From Heteronotia binoei (taxonomy: Eukaryota): a stretch of 64,000 bases of DNA. The translations under genes were made by a program, and so were the position numbers. The DNA is taken from positions 21,266,001 through 21,330,000 of the forward strand of contig NC_083227.1 of assembly GCF_032191835.1 (NCBI RefSeq). Direction: 5' to 3'. Shown piece after piece: positions 33,418-45,902 of the stretch (position 1 is the stretch's first letter; every line of letters starts with the position of its first letter). The notes under the pieces are model-generated. The model saw nothing but the letters and a program-made list of their open reading frames with translations, made no database searches and had not been told where the DNA came from.

Positions 33418-34416
33418 GTTTAATTCTGGGTATAAGTTTTTGTGTGCATGCACACTTCTTCAGATGCTTTGGTCAAACTTTGTTCTGTTGTTTCAGATCA
33501 ACCTGGTACCCATGTGAATGTGTTTCCATGCAGGGGCAGCATGTAAAGTGAGCGAGAGGACAAGCAAGAGAGGAGGGGTCAGAGGGCAGCTCCCAGGTGA
33601 AGACAAAGAGGCATCCCATTCTAGGAGATAGTACCTATACCTGGGGTGGCCAAATTTACTTAATGAAAGAGCCACATAGAATAAATGGCAGATGTTTGAG
33701 AGCCACAAGACAGGAACAAACATTACACATGTCTTTCTTAAAATCCTTAATACTTTATTTGCACAGAAAGATAAAATATATATGTATGCACTTGAAAACA
33801 TGACCATTCTAGAAGGACACTTTTAAAAAAAAACAAAGGCTGGGACTACCAGTCCCCATAAGACCAGCATAGAAAAAGGTTAGGGAATTATTTTTGGCAC
33901 CAGTGAGAGAAGGAAACACACATATACTACATAAATCACTGGTCACAGTTTGCACCATTATGCATCTCTCTTTTGAAACTAAGGGGGAACCCTGAACTGC
34001 CCTCTTTAATTCCTTCCAGTAGCTACCTTACCTCTTGCGTTTTCATTCCCCACTCTAGATCTACAGGCAACCTCTGTGGTGGAAGAGAAAAGCTTGCAAG
34101 ACTACCTATTCCGCCTCCCAATGCTAAGCATAGTTATTTGAGAGTAAGCCTGCATTCAATTCCTCCTTGATCTCTGGGAGCTACACAGTATGTGTGAAGG
34201 AGTCGCATGTGGCTCTTTCCTTCCTGTCTTGTGGCTCTGAAACATCTGACATTCATGTCTTTTGGCTCTTGAACATCTGACGTTTGTTCTATGTGGCTCT
34301 TATGTTAAGCAAGTTTGGCCACCCCCTTGGTCAGTGGCTGCCAGTAGGAAAAAAGGAGAGATTAATAGTATGACTTCAGGAGACTTCCGAACAAGTGAAC
34401 ATATGAAAATATGAAG

Positions 34417-35457
34417 CTGCCAAGTCCAATTCAAGAAATATCTGGGGACTTTGGGGGTGGAGCCAGGAGCAAGGTTGTGACAAACATAACTGAAATCCAA
34501 AGAGTGTTCTGGCAACCACATTTAAAGGGACTGCACACCTTTTAAATGCCTTCCCTCCATTGGAAAAAATAAATAGGGGCACCTTTTTGGGGGCTCATAA
34601 AATTGGACCCCCTGGTCTAAACCTTTTGAAACTTGGAGGGTATTTTGGGGGGAGGCACTGAATGCTATACTGAAAATATGGTGCCTCTACCTAAAAAAAA
34701 CAGGCCCCCCAAGAGCCCCAGATACTTGCAGATCAATTCTTCATTATACCCTATGGGAATCGGTCTCCATAGGGAATAACAGAGTGCCCAGCAGCCATTC
34801 CCCTCCCCCCTCCCGCTTTCTGATGACCCTGAAGTAGGGTTGCCAAGTCCAATTTAAGAAATATCTGGGGACTTTGGGGGTGGAGCCAGGGGACTGTGGG
34901 GGTGGAGCCAGGAGACATTAGGGGTGGAGCCAAGATCAAGGCTGTGACAAGCATAATCGAACTCCAAAGGGAGTTCTGGCCATCACATTTAAAGGGACGG
35001 CACACCTTTTCAATGCCTTCCTTCCATAGGAAATAATGAAGGATAGGGGCACCTTCTTTTGGGGCTCATAGAATTGGATCCCCTGGTCCAATCTTTTTGA
35101 AACGTGGGGGGTATTTTGGGAAGGGGCACTAGATTCTATACTGAAAATTTGGTGCCTCTACCTCAAAAAACAGGCCCCCCAGAGCCCCAGATACCCGCAG
35201 ATCAATTCTCTATTATTTTCTATGGGAATAAATCTCTATAGGGAATAAAAGAGTTCCCAGCAGACGTTTCCTTCCCCTTCCCCCCCCCCCCCGCTTTCTG
35301 ACGACCCTGAAGCCGGGGGAGGGCCTCCAAACCGGGGGATCCCCTGCTCCCACCTGGGGATTGGCAACCCTACCCTGAAGAGGGGGGGAGGGCCTCGATC
35401 CCCTGCCCTGTGCCCACCTGGGGATCCTCTACCCCCACCTGGGGATTGGCAACCCTA
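34417..35457 (+). mobile_element. hAT element (TIR TAGGGTTGCCA) with a second copy of the same family nested inside (34835-35372)
   Basis: Inner copy has 8-bp TSD CCCTGAAG (34827-34834, 35373-35380); the outer copy resumes and ends GGATTGGCAACCCTAG. Confidence 0.85.
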
Positions 35458-35472
35458 GGCTGGCAGCCTTAC

Positions 35473-35890
35473 ACGGCGGGGTGCGGTCGCTGGCGTTCCC
35501 TTTGCCTGATGACAGATTTTTTGCGTTCACTCTGAACCTCTTTCCGTTTCAAAGTCCAGAGTCCTGCACACACACACCCCCACCCCCGGCTAGAATTTTA
35601 CAAGTGTGTTTCCGAGGCTCGGCGACCCTCCTATTCGCTGCATCAGAGTAAACCCCGCCCGCTGCAGTCCAACCAGTTGATCCTCGATGGCTCCGAAGGG
35701 GTTAAAGCAACCGAGTTATGCCTCCCAGAGTGGCCATATGGGAAGGAGAGGAAAAGAAAGATTCCTTCCTGTCCTTTTGGGGCAGGCAGCTGTTTGCATA
35801 GTTATTTTGCATTTTGCAGCGGGAGAGGCGGTTCTGGTTCCCGGGGATTGCCGGCAGGGGAGGCAGAGAGGGCAGGTGAGCGGAAGCGCA
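35473..35890. promoter_or_regulatory. Putative bidirectional CpG-rich promoter with divergent non-coding first exons of genes B (-) and C (+)
   Basis: CpG-rich patch, GC box CCCCGCCC 35653-35660, ETS-like GCGGAAG; + donor GCAG|GTGAGC at 35875 and - donor |GTAAGG at 35473. Confidence 0.55.
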
Positions 35891-36802
35891 TTCGGGAGAA
35901 TGGAAGATGCTGCAGGTGGGCTCGGGTTGCTTTTATTCTCGTTCCCCCAGGCTCTGAGTTCTGGGAGGAGGCTTGCCTAGAATCGCGGAGCAGTGACTCA
36001 CGAAAGCTCCTACCTGCCACACATTTTGTTAGTCTTTAAGGTGCTGCTGGACTCTTGCTCTTCTCTTTAACATGGGTAGGCTTCGGTTAAAATTGCAAGC
36101 CGCAAGCCTCTAGAATCTGTGTCGCATGATTTACTCTATCTATTTATCGGAGTCTATCAGTGCAATCCTAAGCAGGTCTACTCAGAATTCTGCTAAAGTC
36201 TGCTCAATGGGACTTACTCCCAGAAAAGTGTTCTTAGGATTGCACTGTTAGTCACTTGATTTTATCTATCATCTGTCTATCTATCATCATCTATCTACCT
36301 TCTAGAGTCTGTCACTTGATTTACTCTGCCTACCTACCTACCTATTTAGTGTCTCAATTTTTTTTCTAGTTTCACCCATTACATTGGCATACATATTTGT
36401 GTCTCAATTTCATAAGAAAAGAGAAGCCATGCAGGATCAGACCAATCACCCATTCTGTCCAGCATGCCCTGTCACAGTGGCCAAAACCAGGTGCCAAGAG
36501 GAGATACACCAACAAGGTCTGAACTCCAGAATCCCTCCCACTGTTACCCCCCCAAGCACCGTGAATACAGAGCATTACTGCCCCAGATAGAGCATTCCAT
36601 TAATACCTTGTGGGTAATAGCCATTGCTGGACCTCTGCTCCAGATGTGTATCCAATCCTCTCTTGAAGCTGGCTATGCCTGTAACCGCCACTACTTATTG
36701 CAGCAGGGAATTCCACATGTTAATGACCCTTTCTTTCTGGTTATGCCCATTAAATTGACAAAGAGATGCAGACAGCAAGCTTAAACATGCTGAATCATCA
36801 TC

Positions 36803-37078
36803 AATTTGGTGTAGTGGTTAAGTGTGCAGACTCTTATCTGAGAGAACTGGGTTTGATTCCCCACTCCTCCTCTTTCTGCTGCTGAAATAGCCTTGGGTCA
36901 GTCATAGGTCTCACAGAGTTGTCCTTGAAAGGAAAGCTGCTGTAAGAGCCCTCTCAGTTCCACCACCTCACAAGGTGTCTATTGTGTGTATGTGTGTGTG
37001 TGTGGGGGGAAAGTAAAGGAGATTGTGACCACTCTGATTCAGAGTTTAGGGTGGGATTAAAATCCAATATCGTCTTCT
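36803..37078 (+). mobile_element. Family 2 SINE
   Basis: TTTGGTGTAGTGGTTAAGTGTGCAGACTC... unit. Confidence 0.75.
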
Positions 37079-38053
37079 TCATCATCACCACCACCATCAT
37101 CATCAGAATTTATAAACTTCCCTTCCCCAAAGGGCTCAGGGCAATGAACATCAGCATAGGGCATGCAAACAGTAAAAATACAATAGATAATAAATAAAAG
37201 CAATAAACGTCTTCCAGATAATCCATGACAAACATAAGATTTCACTCTCTCCATTGGTAGATTGTGGACCAGACTTGGTGAAGGCCATTTTGAGAGTCCA
37301 TTGCTGTAGGCCTGGTGGAACATCTCTGTTCTACATGCCCTGCAGAACTGAACTAGGTCCCGCAGAGCATAGATGTCACTAGGTAGAGAGTTCCACCAGG
37401 CCAAGGCCAGGGCTGAAAATAATACTCTTTAGTATTTACAGATATTCTGAAGTAAATGCAATAATGGCATTCACTGGAAGCTTAAGAAGGGCATTTGTGA
37501 TTTAATCCAGGATCCTGTTTCCCATAGTGATTCCCCTAGGTGCCTCCAGGAAGCAGCCAGCAGGATATCAAAGGGATTATTCCTCCCTTGCTGCTATCTC
37601 CCAACACCTGGTGCTCAAGGGCACCCTGCCTCTGAAACTGGGGGTTCCATTTAGCCACCCTTAGCGATGCAATTTATATGAACTATCTAATTAATTTCTC
37701 TAATGCCATTTTAACCCCCTAAGCAGGTAGCTATTGCTGTATCATGACACACAGAATTTTTAGGTTTCACTCCAATCAACCATATCTCTATAATGGTTTT
37801 CTTTTGTCTCCATTTTTTTCCCTTGGTCCCAGAAAAGTGTAATGTTATCTGGAAGTATCATCTGGTTCCACCATTTGTTGAAGAGCCCTGATGCTTTGAC
37901 AAGATCCCACCAGCCTTGCTGGATTAGCCTTTCATCCTGATGGAGCTTCAGGGGTGCTGTGAGAAAACCAAGGATTACCACAAGGGATGGCGATAAGGGG
38001 CGTGCATTTGTCTGCGCACCACTGAGGGGTGGAACTGCCTCTTGGGGAAGGAA

Positions 38054-38812
38054 ATGGCTGCGACGCAAGAGACGACAATCACTCAGGAGTCGCTAAAGCA
38101 GGGGAATCAGATCAAAACAGAGGAACAGGAGTCAGTTGACTCTGAACCAGAGGAAGAAATGGAAGAAGCTGATGGTCTCACAACAGGGAGGACTGGTGAA
38201 GTTCTGCTGGAGGAATCTCCACAGCTCGTGAAGCAAGAGCCAGAAGAAGAGCCATCCCGAAACTGGGATGCCCAGTTGCAGGAATTCCTGAAGACACTTC
38301 AGGCTCCTCCTTCTATAGGGGATGGCCTACAATTGCCTGAACCAAGGCAATGGAATGACTGTGGAACATCTCCAGTGCCTTCCAAGGGCGTGGCAGAGGC
38401 CACCAAGTGGCCTGGTGGATTGTGGGCTTCCCAACCCCAGCTGATTCCCCTTGGAGAAGTAAAGCAAAACCACGAGGCTGAGTGCTGTGGGAAGGAGAAA
38501 GTCCAAACTGGAGATACTGTTGGGGCGGAGATGTGGCGCCAGCGCTTCAGGAAGCTCTGCTATCGAGAAGCTGAGGGCCCTCGAGAGACTTGCAGGCAGC
38601 TGCAGGAGCTTTGCTGTCAGTGGCTGAGGCCTGAGAGATGCACCAAGGAGCAGATCCTGGATCTCCTGATCCTAGAGCAGTTCTTGGCTGTCCTGCCGCC
38701 AGAGATGCAGTGCTGGCTCAGGGAGAGTGATCCGGAGAACTGCACCCAAGCGGTGACCCTGGCGGAGGATTTCCTTCAGGCGCAGCAAGGTGGCAAGGGA
38801 TGGGAACGGCAG
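38054..38812 (+). CDS. Gene C SCAN-domain exon (coding part)
   Basis: GAAATGGCTGCG start, CAG|GTGAGA donor; probable acceptor at 37832. Confidence 0.9.
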
Positions 38813-41800
38813 GTGAGAACAAGACCACCCCCCCCCCCATTTAAAAAAAAGAGATTGTCCCACATGAAGTGAAGGTCCCTGGGGAAACGAACAAAACTAC
38901 AGTAAAGTGAAGTATAAAGTCAGAACAAAGTTTGAGACGAGTGGCAACTGTAAGACCAACAAAATTTTATTGTTTGTTGGTCTTAAAGGTGCCACTGAAC
39001 TTGGACCTTTTTTTTTGCTGCTTCAGACCAACATGGCTACCCACCAGTTTGGTGTAGTGGTTAAGTGTGCAGACTCTTATCTGGGAGAACCGGCTTTGAT
39101 TCTCCACTCCTCCACTTGCAGCTGCTGGAATAGCCTTGGGTCAGCCATAGCTCTCACAGAGTTGACCTTGAAAGGGCAGCTTCTGTCAGAGCTCTCACAG
39201 GGTGTCTGTTGTGTGTGGGGAGGGGGGGGAGGTAAAGGAGATTGTAAACCACTCGGAGACTCTTTTGGAGTGCAGGACGAGATATAAATCCAATTATTTC
39301 TTCTTCTTCCTCTGATATCCAGCAGTGCACCTCTAGAATATGATATAACTGTGCAGCCCTGGAATGTGACACAGCAATGCCCACCTGAACTGGGATGGTC
39401 TCTTTTCCACAGAAGAGAGGCAAACCCAATCCAGTCTCTGAGACCCTAGGTAGGCCGGCATGACACGAAGTCTGGTTTGGTTAGGCTTGGCAGACATTTT
39501 GGCTGCACTGAAGGGCTAAGAGGCATCCATTTTCTGATCCTGGGAATGAAGACACTCAGGCCCAGAGATGGAAACATTGCGGGCAAAGCAGGAACATTAG
39601 TTCCCACTTACCTCACCTCTTGCATAAGCCTACCATTTTGATTTAAGGAAAATTAATATTCCCCAATAAAAAGCTGGTTTTCTCTCTTCCTCTGTAAAAT
39701 CAGAGCACTCAGTTTGGGGGGTTGTGTAATAGACAATAGCCCTGTCTTGGATAGCCCATGCTAGTGAGAGCTCATCAGACCTTGGCAGCTAAGCAGGGTT
39801 TGACCTGGCTAGAATTTGTATAGCAGTCCACCAAGGGGATCCAGGGTCATTACACGGAAGCAGGCAATGGCGAGCCACTTCCGAATGTCTCTTGCCTCGA
39901 AAACCCTGTGGGGTTGGTGAAATTCATCTGAGACTTGATGGTGCTTTCCACCCCCATCCTGTAATAAGGCTCTAATGCCCATGGTTGTTGGGAAATAATG
40001 CTGGTATAAAATGCCCATACGAAAAACTCCTTGTTAATGCAGTTCCCGCCAAATAAATAACCCACAAGGTGGTTAAAGTTACATGTGAAGCTGTCTTATG
40101 CTGAACCAGGAACCTAAAAGGTTAATATACAACTTAAAGACCCCAAAATTAAAAGCAAAATATAGAATTAAACCATAAGCAAAAATACATCTCTTTATTA
40201 TAGAAAGTTAAAAACATTTAGCGGCCTATCACTAGCCTCCTTATGAACATATATGAAGCTGCCTTATACTGAATCAGACCCTGAGTCCATCAAAGTCGGT
40301 ATTGTCTGCTCAGACTGGCAGCGGCTCTCCAGGGTCTCAAGCTGAGGTTTTTCACACCTCTTTGCCTGGACCCTTTTTAGTTGGAGATGCCAGGGATTGA
40401 ACCTGGGACTTTCTGCTTACCAAGCAGATGCTCTACCACTGAGCCACCATCCCTCCTTTGTAAAATAAAACAACAATGGGAAACCACTTGACCTGACATG
40501 TTTCAACCTAGAATAGTCTTCTTCAGAGGTCAAACAAGCATATACACATACAGGCTCATGATGCATGCTGTACTTTTTATTACTAAGTCAGTAAAGTTAT
40601 TTGGATTGGATTGGCTCATGATACAAAATACAATAAATCAATAAACCAATGATGGACCAAAAAGAAAGTGTTTTAATACAGTGTCAGAGGCTTAAAGATG
40701 TAATTGAGGCCTCTTATAATGCAGCCTTATGTCCTATTCAAGGGTATACGTGTCACATCATGTGTCTTATTGTATGCCTCACCAGAATGGTCCAGAATTA
40801 ATCCAAGTCATTGTCAGATCAGAGCCAGTATGCCAAGAATTGTGTGTATTGAATCAGGTCATTAGTCCATCAAAGTCTGTATTGTCTCCTCTGACCAGCA
40901 GGGACTCTTCAGGAGTTCATGAAGACAGGCCCTGCCCAAAAGAGGTCTTTCCCATCACCTCCTGCCTGGTCCTTTTATTTGGAGACACTGGGGATTGAAA
41001 CCTGAAGCTTTCTGCATGCCAAGCAGAGGCCTTCCCTCTGAGCCACAGCTTCTCCCCAATTTCCAAATCGTTGTGCAGACTGAGATACTTTTTTATTTCC
41101 GTAATTTATGGTCTGCTTTTCTCACTGAACTCAAAGCGAATTACACTGGGCGAGTCAGTACTATCAACAGAATGGGACGTTCAGTAATAATGAAGTAGGA
41201 TCAGAGAAGTCTGGAACTGATCGACCAATAGAATTGAATTTGTACTACTGTGTATTGGAGTTTGCCAGATGTACCCCCCCCCCTTTTATCAAAACAGTTC
41301 TTTGTTGCTTCCTGATTTCATTTTTAATTGCCACCCCTCCCCCTTTCAGATTAAGGGCTCTTCAGAAGACATGTTTGTAAATCTACCCAAGACAAGCAAG
41401 GAATTGCTAGGAGCAGCAAAGAGACAGTGTTTCATGGAAGCCAAGCAGTGCGTTGATGGAAGTGCAAATGTTTCAGGTAAGAGAACATGAGAAGCCATGT
41501 TGGATCAGGCCAATGGCCCATCCAGTCCAACACATCCAGTCAGTATCATGCAGTGGCCAAAACAACAACAAAAAAAACAGGTACCATCAGGAGGTCCACT
41601 AGTGACACCAGACCACTAGAAGTCCTCCCACTGTTGCCCCCCCTCAAGCACCAAGAATACAGAGTATCACTTGCCCCAAACAGAGAGTTCCATCTACGTA
41701 TTGTGGCTAATAGCCACTGGTGGACCTCTGCTCCATATGTTTATCCAATCCCCCGTTGAAGTCATCTGTGCTTGCAGCCGCCGCCACCACCTCTGGAAGT

Positions 41801-44800
41801 TAATTCCATGTGTTAATCACCTTTTGGGCAGGGCCTGTCTTCATGAACTCCTGAAGTTGTTACAGCTCTACCTGTAGTGCTGCTTTGAACTGAATGGGCC
41901 CTTTTCCAGGTCTGTGGACAGTAGTAGCAGTTATATGTTTCTGAAATTGCCCAGAAAGGGATTAACACCTGTCTCTTCTTTGCCTACTGCCTGTCTGGAT
42001 GTTTCTTTTAGTCATTGGCTGACCTGCCATGATGTCATGGATGGCTAGGGATGCTACCAGGAACAGCATATTTCTTTCAAGTACTGTGTCTTTTGCAATG
42101 GAAGCTGCTTCTGCTCTGGCTGTGTATCTATATTAGCAAAGCTTGAAGTTAGTTTTCTGGGGCATACCAGGGCAAAGAGCAACAGAAGCAGAATTACTTA
42201 GTTGTTGAAGGGGAATCTTCCCCTTATCCCTCTCCCTCCCCCTGGCCTGGTGTAGGCAGACGGTTGTAGACAGCCAACAAGGCATGGAGGCCAAGGCCTT
42301 CCCCTGATATTGCCTTCTGGCACTGGGATTCAGAGGCTTAGTGCCCTCATTCACTATGGCTTCTACCCACTGATAGATTTATCTAATCCCCTTTTATAAC
42401 AACTTAATAAAAGCTCTACAGGATCAGACCATTAGCCCATCTACTGCAACATCCCGTCTCCCACAGTGGCCAACTAAGGCCAACAACAAGGCATAGAGGC
42501 CGAGGCCTTCCCTTGATGTTGTCTCCTGGCTCTGGGATTCAGAGGCTTAGTGCCTCTGAATGTGGAGGTTCTCCTCAATCACCACCAGGACTTTTATTGT
42601 AGCAGGAACTCTTTTGCATGTTAGGCCACACCCCTCTTATGTAGCCAATCCTCCAAGAGCTTACAGGGCTCTTAGTACAGGGCCTACTGTAAGTTCTGGG
42701 AGGATTGGCTACATCGTGGAGGTGTGGCCTAATATGCAAAGGAGTTCCTGCTACAAAAAAAGCCCTGGTCACCACTGATAGACTTATCCTACACAAATCT
42801 ATCTGATCCCATTTTAAAAGTTCAGGACAGACAAAAGGAAATACTACATTACACACTGTATCTGAAGAAGTATGTTTGCACATGAAAGCTTATACATTAA
42901 ATAAAACGTCATTGGTCTTAAAGGTGCCACTGGACTCCAACTTTGTTCTGCTTTACACAGAGGATGATTAAAATGTGGAATTCACTGCCAAAGGATGCAG
43001 TGATGGCCACAGGAATAAGCAGCTTTTAAAGGGGATTAGAGAGATTCACGGCGGATAAGTCTTTAAGTGGCTCCTAGCCATGGTGACTGAGGGGAACCTC
43101 CATATTCAGAGGCACTGATCCTCTGAATCCCAGAGCCAGGAGGCAACATGAGAGAAAGGCTTTGGCCTCTATGCCGTGACGTTGACCCTCCAGAGGAACT
43201 GGTTGGCTCCTGTGTGAGACAGGATGCTGGACTAGATGGACCATTCATCTGATCTAGTAGGACTCTTCTTACGTTCAGGATTTGGAGATCTTCTTCGGCC
43301 CTCGCCTCTAAAAGATGCCAGAACTATGCTAAAAGGGGATGTTGACACCCACAGATCATGTTCAGAAAGAATCTTGAACACTGTTTCCCCTTTATCCCCT
43401 TGAACACTGTTTTCCCCTTTATCAAACAATAGGTGGCCCATCAATTAGTCTATTGACCATTGGCGACTGATGGATTTTGGCCAGCATGCAGATTTCATTA
43501 ATCTCAAGTACCATCACCTAAATTTACTTCTGGATTCTCCCCTTTTCCTATTGGCAGATAGGCAGGCCCTATATGGTCTGCCTATCTGCGGGACCACGTT
43601 TCTCCATATGTTCCCCAGAGAACACTGCACTCAGGAACACAAAATCTGTTATTTATGCCCAGACCAAGGGAGGCCAGACTGCTCTGCACGAGCTAGGGCC
43701 TTCTCAGTGGCAGCACCAACAATGTGGAATGCCCTCCCAGAGGCCATAAGGGCCCTGCGGGATCTCTCCCAATTCTGCAGGGCCTGTAAAACTGAATTGT
43801 TTCAACAGGCCTTTAATATCTAACAGAACTGCCACTCTACACAGCTGAGCAACGTCATTTATGAAGTATTATATCCACCACAAGATCACTGTCAGAGGAA
43901 AGAAAGTTATGATCCCACTTATACTGAACTTTGAGTAGAAACATGAAATGTATTTTGTTAATTTTATTGTTTTAAATTGTAATTTTAAATTGTTTTTTGA
44001 TTGATGGTTAGCTGCCCTGAGTCTGCTTGTGGAGAGGGCGGGATAGGAAACTAAAGAAAATTTAAAAAATAAAATTTTCTTCCAGCAGGCAATGGGTGGA
44101 TGAGCGAACCTGAGGAGGAGCTGAAGCCTTTCTTGGAAAACCCTGAGGAAGAGGAACCACCAAAGATGCTGTTGGAAACATCCAGAGAGAATGATTTCTC
44201 ACGTGGTAGAAAAGGGGATGAGAATCCATGCAGGGCAGAGAGTCAGAACGGAAATAACAGAGAGACGGAAGCCGCTGGGCCTGTTTTTCCTGAAGGCACT
44301 GATAAAAGTCTCACTGAAGCCATAGCCCTGCCGCAGGTGAGCAGCATGAAATGTGAGGCGCACAAGGAAAGCTTTGGTCAAAATCCGCTCCTTTTGACTT
44401 CTGAGAGGAGCCAGGCAGGAGAGAAAACTTATACGTGCTGGCATTGTGGCCAAAGCTTTGGTAGCAGCTCAGATCTCGTGTCCCATGAGAGAACCCACGT
44501 GGGGGAGAAACTGTATAAATGTGCCCACTGTGGAGAAAGTGAGAGAACCCACACAGGGCAGAAGCCCCATAAATGCTCACACTGTGGGAATACCTTTGGG
44601 TGGAACTCGCAAGAGGGAATCCATGCTGGCGAGAAGCCTTATACCTGCTCTGAGTGTGGGAAAAGCTGCAGTCAGAGATCAGATCTCCTTAAACACCAGA
44701 GGACTCACACTGGGGAGAAACCTTACAAGTGCACTGTGTGTGGGAAAAACTTCACAAACATCTCAGGTCTCAAAGTCCACCAGAGGATCCACACGGGCGA

Positions 44801-45902
44801 GAAACCGTACAAATGCTCGCACTGCGGGAAATGTTTCAGTTGGAGCTCACACTTCATGTCGCATGAGAGAATCCACACGGCGTTGTGCTCGTACTGTGGG
44901 AAAAGCTTCAGCCAAAATTCGGACCTCGTTGAGCATGAGCGAACCCACACAGTGAAGGAGTCATTTGCGTGCTTTGCCTGTGGGAAAGCTTTTGATGTCA
45001 GTGCAGAACTGGTTGCGCATGTCCGGACCCACAAAGAGAAGCCTTTTGAGTGCTCGGTCTGTGGGAAGACCTTCCGGAACAGCTTGCAACGAATTGCCCA
45101 CCAGAAAGTCCATACAGGAGAGAAGCAACATAAATGCTCCCACTGTGGGAAAAGTTTTAGCCAGAAGCAGAGCTTGATTATTCATGAAAGGATCCATACA
45201 GGAGAAAAACCATATAAATGCTTAGTCTGTGGGAAAAACTTCAGAAACCTGCCAAATCTTAAATCGCACGAAAGGACCCATACAGGAGAGAAACCATACA
45301 AATGCTCCTACTGTGACAAAAGTTTTCGCTGGAGCTCTCATCTGGTGCTGCATGAGAGAATTCACACAGGAGAGAAGCCCTATAGATGCTCAGACTGTGG
45401 GAGAGCCTTTGACCGGAGGTCAAACCTTCTTGTGCATGTGAGAATCCACACCGGGCAGAAACCTTACAACTGTTCCGACTGTGGGAAAAGCTTCACCTCC
45501 AATTCTGTTCTTCTTCGACATCAGAAAATCCACACAGGAGAGGAACCTTGTACGTGCTCTCAATGCGGGAGAATCTTCTGGCAGCGGTCAGACCAGACTG
45601 ACCAAGCTGGAGAGAAGGGCTCGAAATGTTCGGAGTGCTTGAGAAGCCGCTACCTGAGTTCTGACCTGGTGGTACGGGCGAGAAACTGTGTGGGGGAAAA
45701 GCTGTTTGAATGCTCGATCTGTGGGAAGAGTTTTCGGAATAGCTCCCACCTCCTCAACCACCAGAGCGTCCATACAGGTGTTCAGCCATATCAATGCTCA
45801 GACTGTGGGCGGAACTTTGTGAGAAGGCCCAATCTGTTAGCTCCTGTGAGCAACCCTGCAGGGCAGAAACCGTACAAGTGCTTGGATTGTGAGAAGAGCT
45901 AG
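38054..45902 (+). CDS. Gene C: SCAN + degenerate KRAB-A + C2H2 zinc-finger protein (~900 aa); coding exons 38054-38812, 41350-41476, 44086-45902
   Basis: 759+127+1817=2703 nt in a continuous frame with GT-AG introns; [59 protein letters not shown]; ~13 intact C2H2 fingers. Confidence 0.88.
39045..39307 (+). mobile_element. Family 2 SINE
   Basis: Full unit homologous to the others. Confidence 0.75.
39740..39945 (+). mobile_element. 5S rRNA-derived SINE
   Basis: CTCATCAGACCTTGGCAGCTAAGCAGGGTTTGACCTGG 5S-like head plus GCAGGCAATGGC...CTTGCCTCGAAAACCC tail. Confidence 0.6.
40243..40456 (-). mobile_element. Young tRNA-derived SINE (family 1)
   Basis: Reverse complement of the 4498 unit. Confidence 0.85.
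41350..41476 (+). CDS. Gene C 127-nt phase 0-1 exon, degenerate KRAB-A
   Basis: CCCTTTCAG|...|GTAAGA; [43 protein letters not shown] aligns without gaps to the KRAB-A consensus; canonical KRAB-A exon length and phase. Confidence 0.8.
42586..42767. mobile_element. Palindromic MITE (hairpin family) inside a CR1 fragment
   Basis: Near-TSD ATCACCAC/GTCACCAC. Confidence 0.8.
43560..44060 (+). mobile_element. L2 LINE 3' fragment
   Basis: [43 protein letters not shown]; tail GCCCTGAGTCTGC...AGGGCGGGATAG. Confidence 0.8.
44086..45902 (+). CDS. Gene C zinc-finger exon (~19 finger positions, ~13 intact)
   Basis: TTTTCTTCCAG|CAG NAGNAG acceptor; 600-aa ORF of TGEKPY-linked C2H2 fingers. Confidence 0.93.

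Noticed and set aside
44199-45794. Overlapping ORFs on other frames and strands of the ZNF exon
   Set aside because: Typical off-frame shadows of repetitive finger codons
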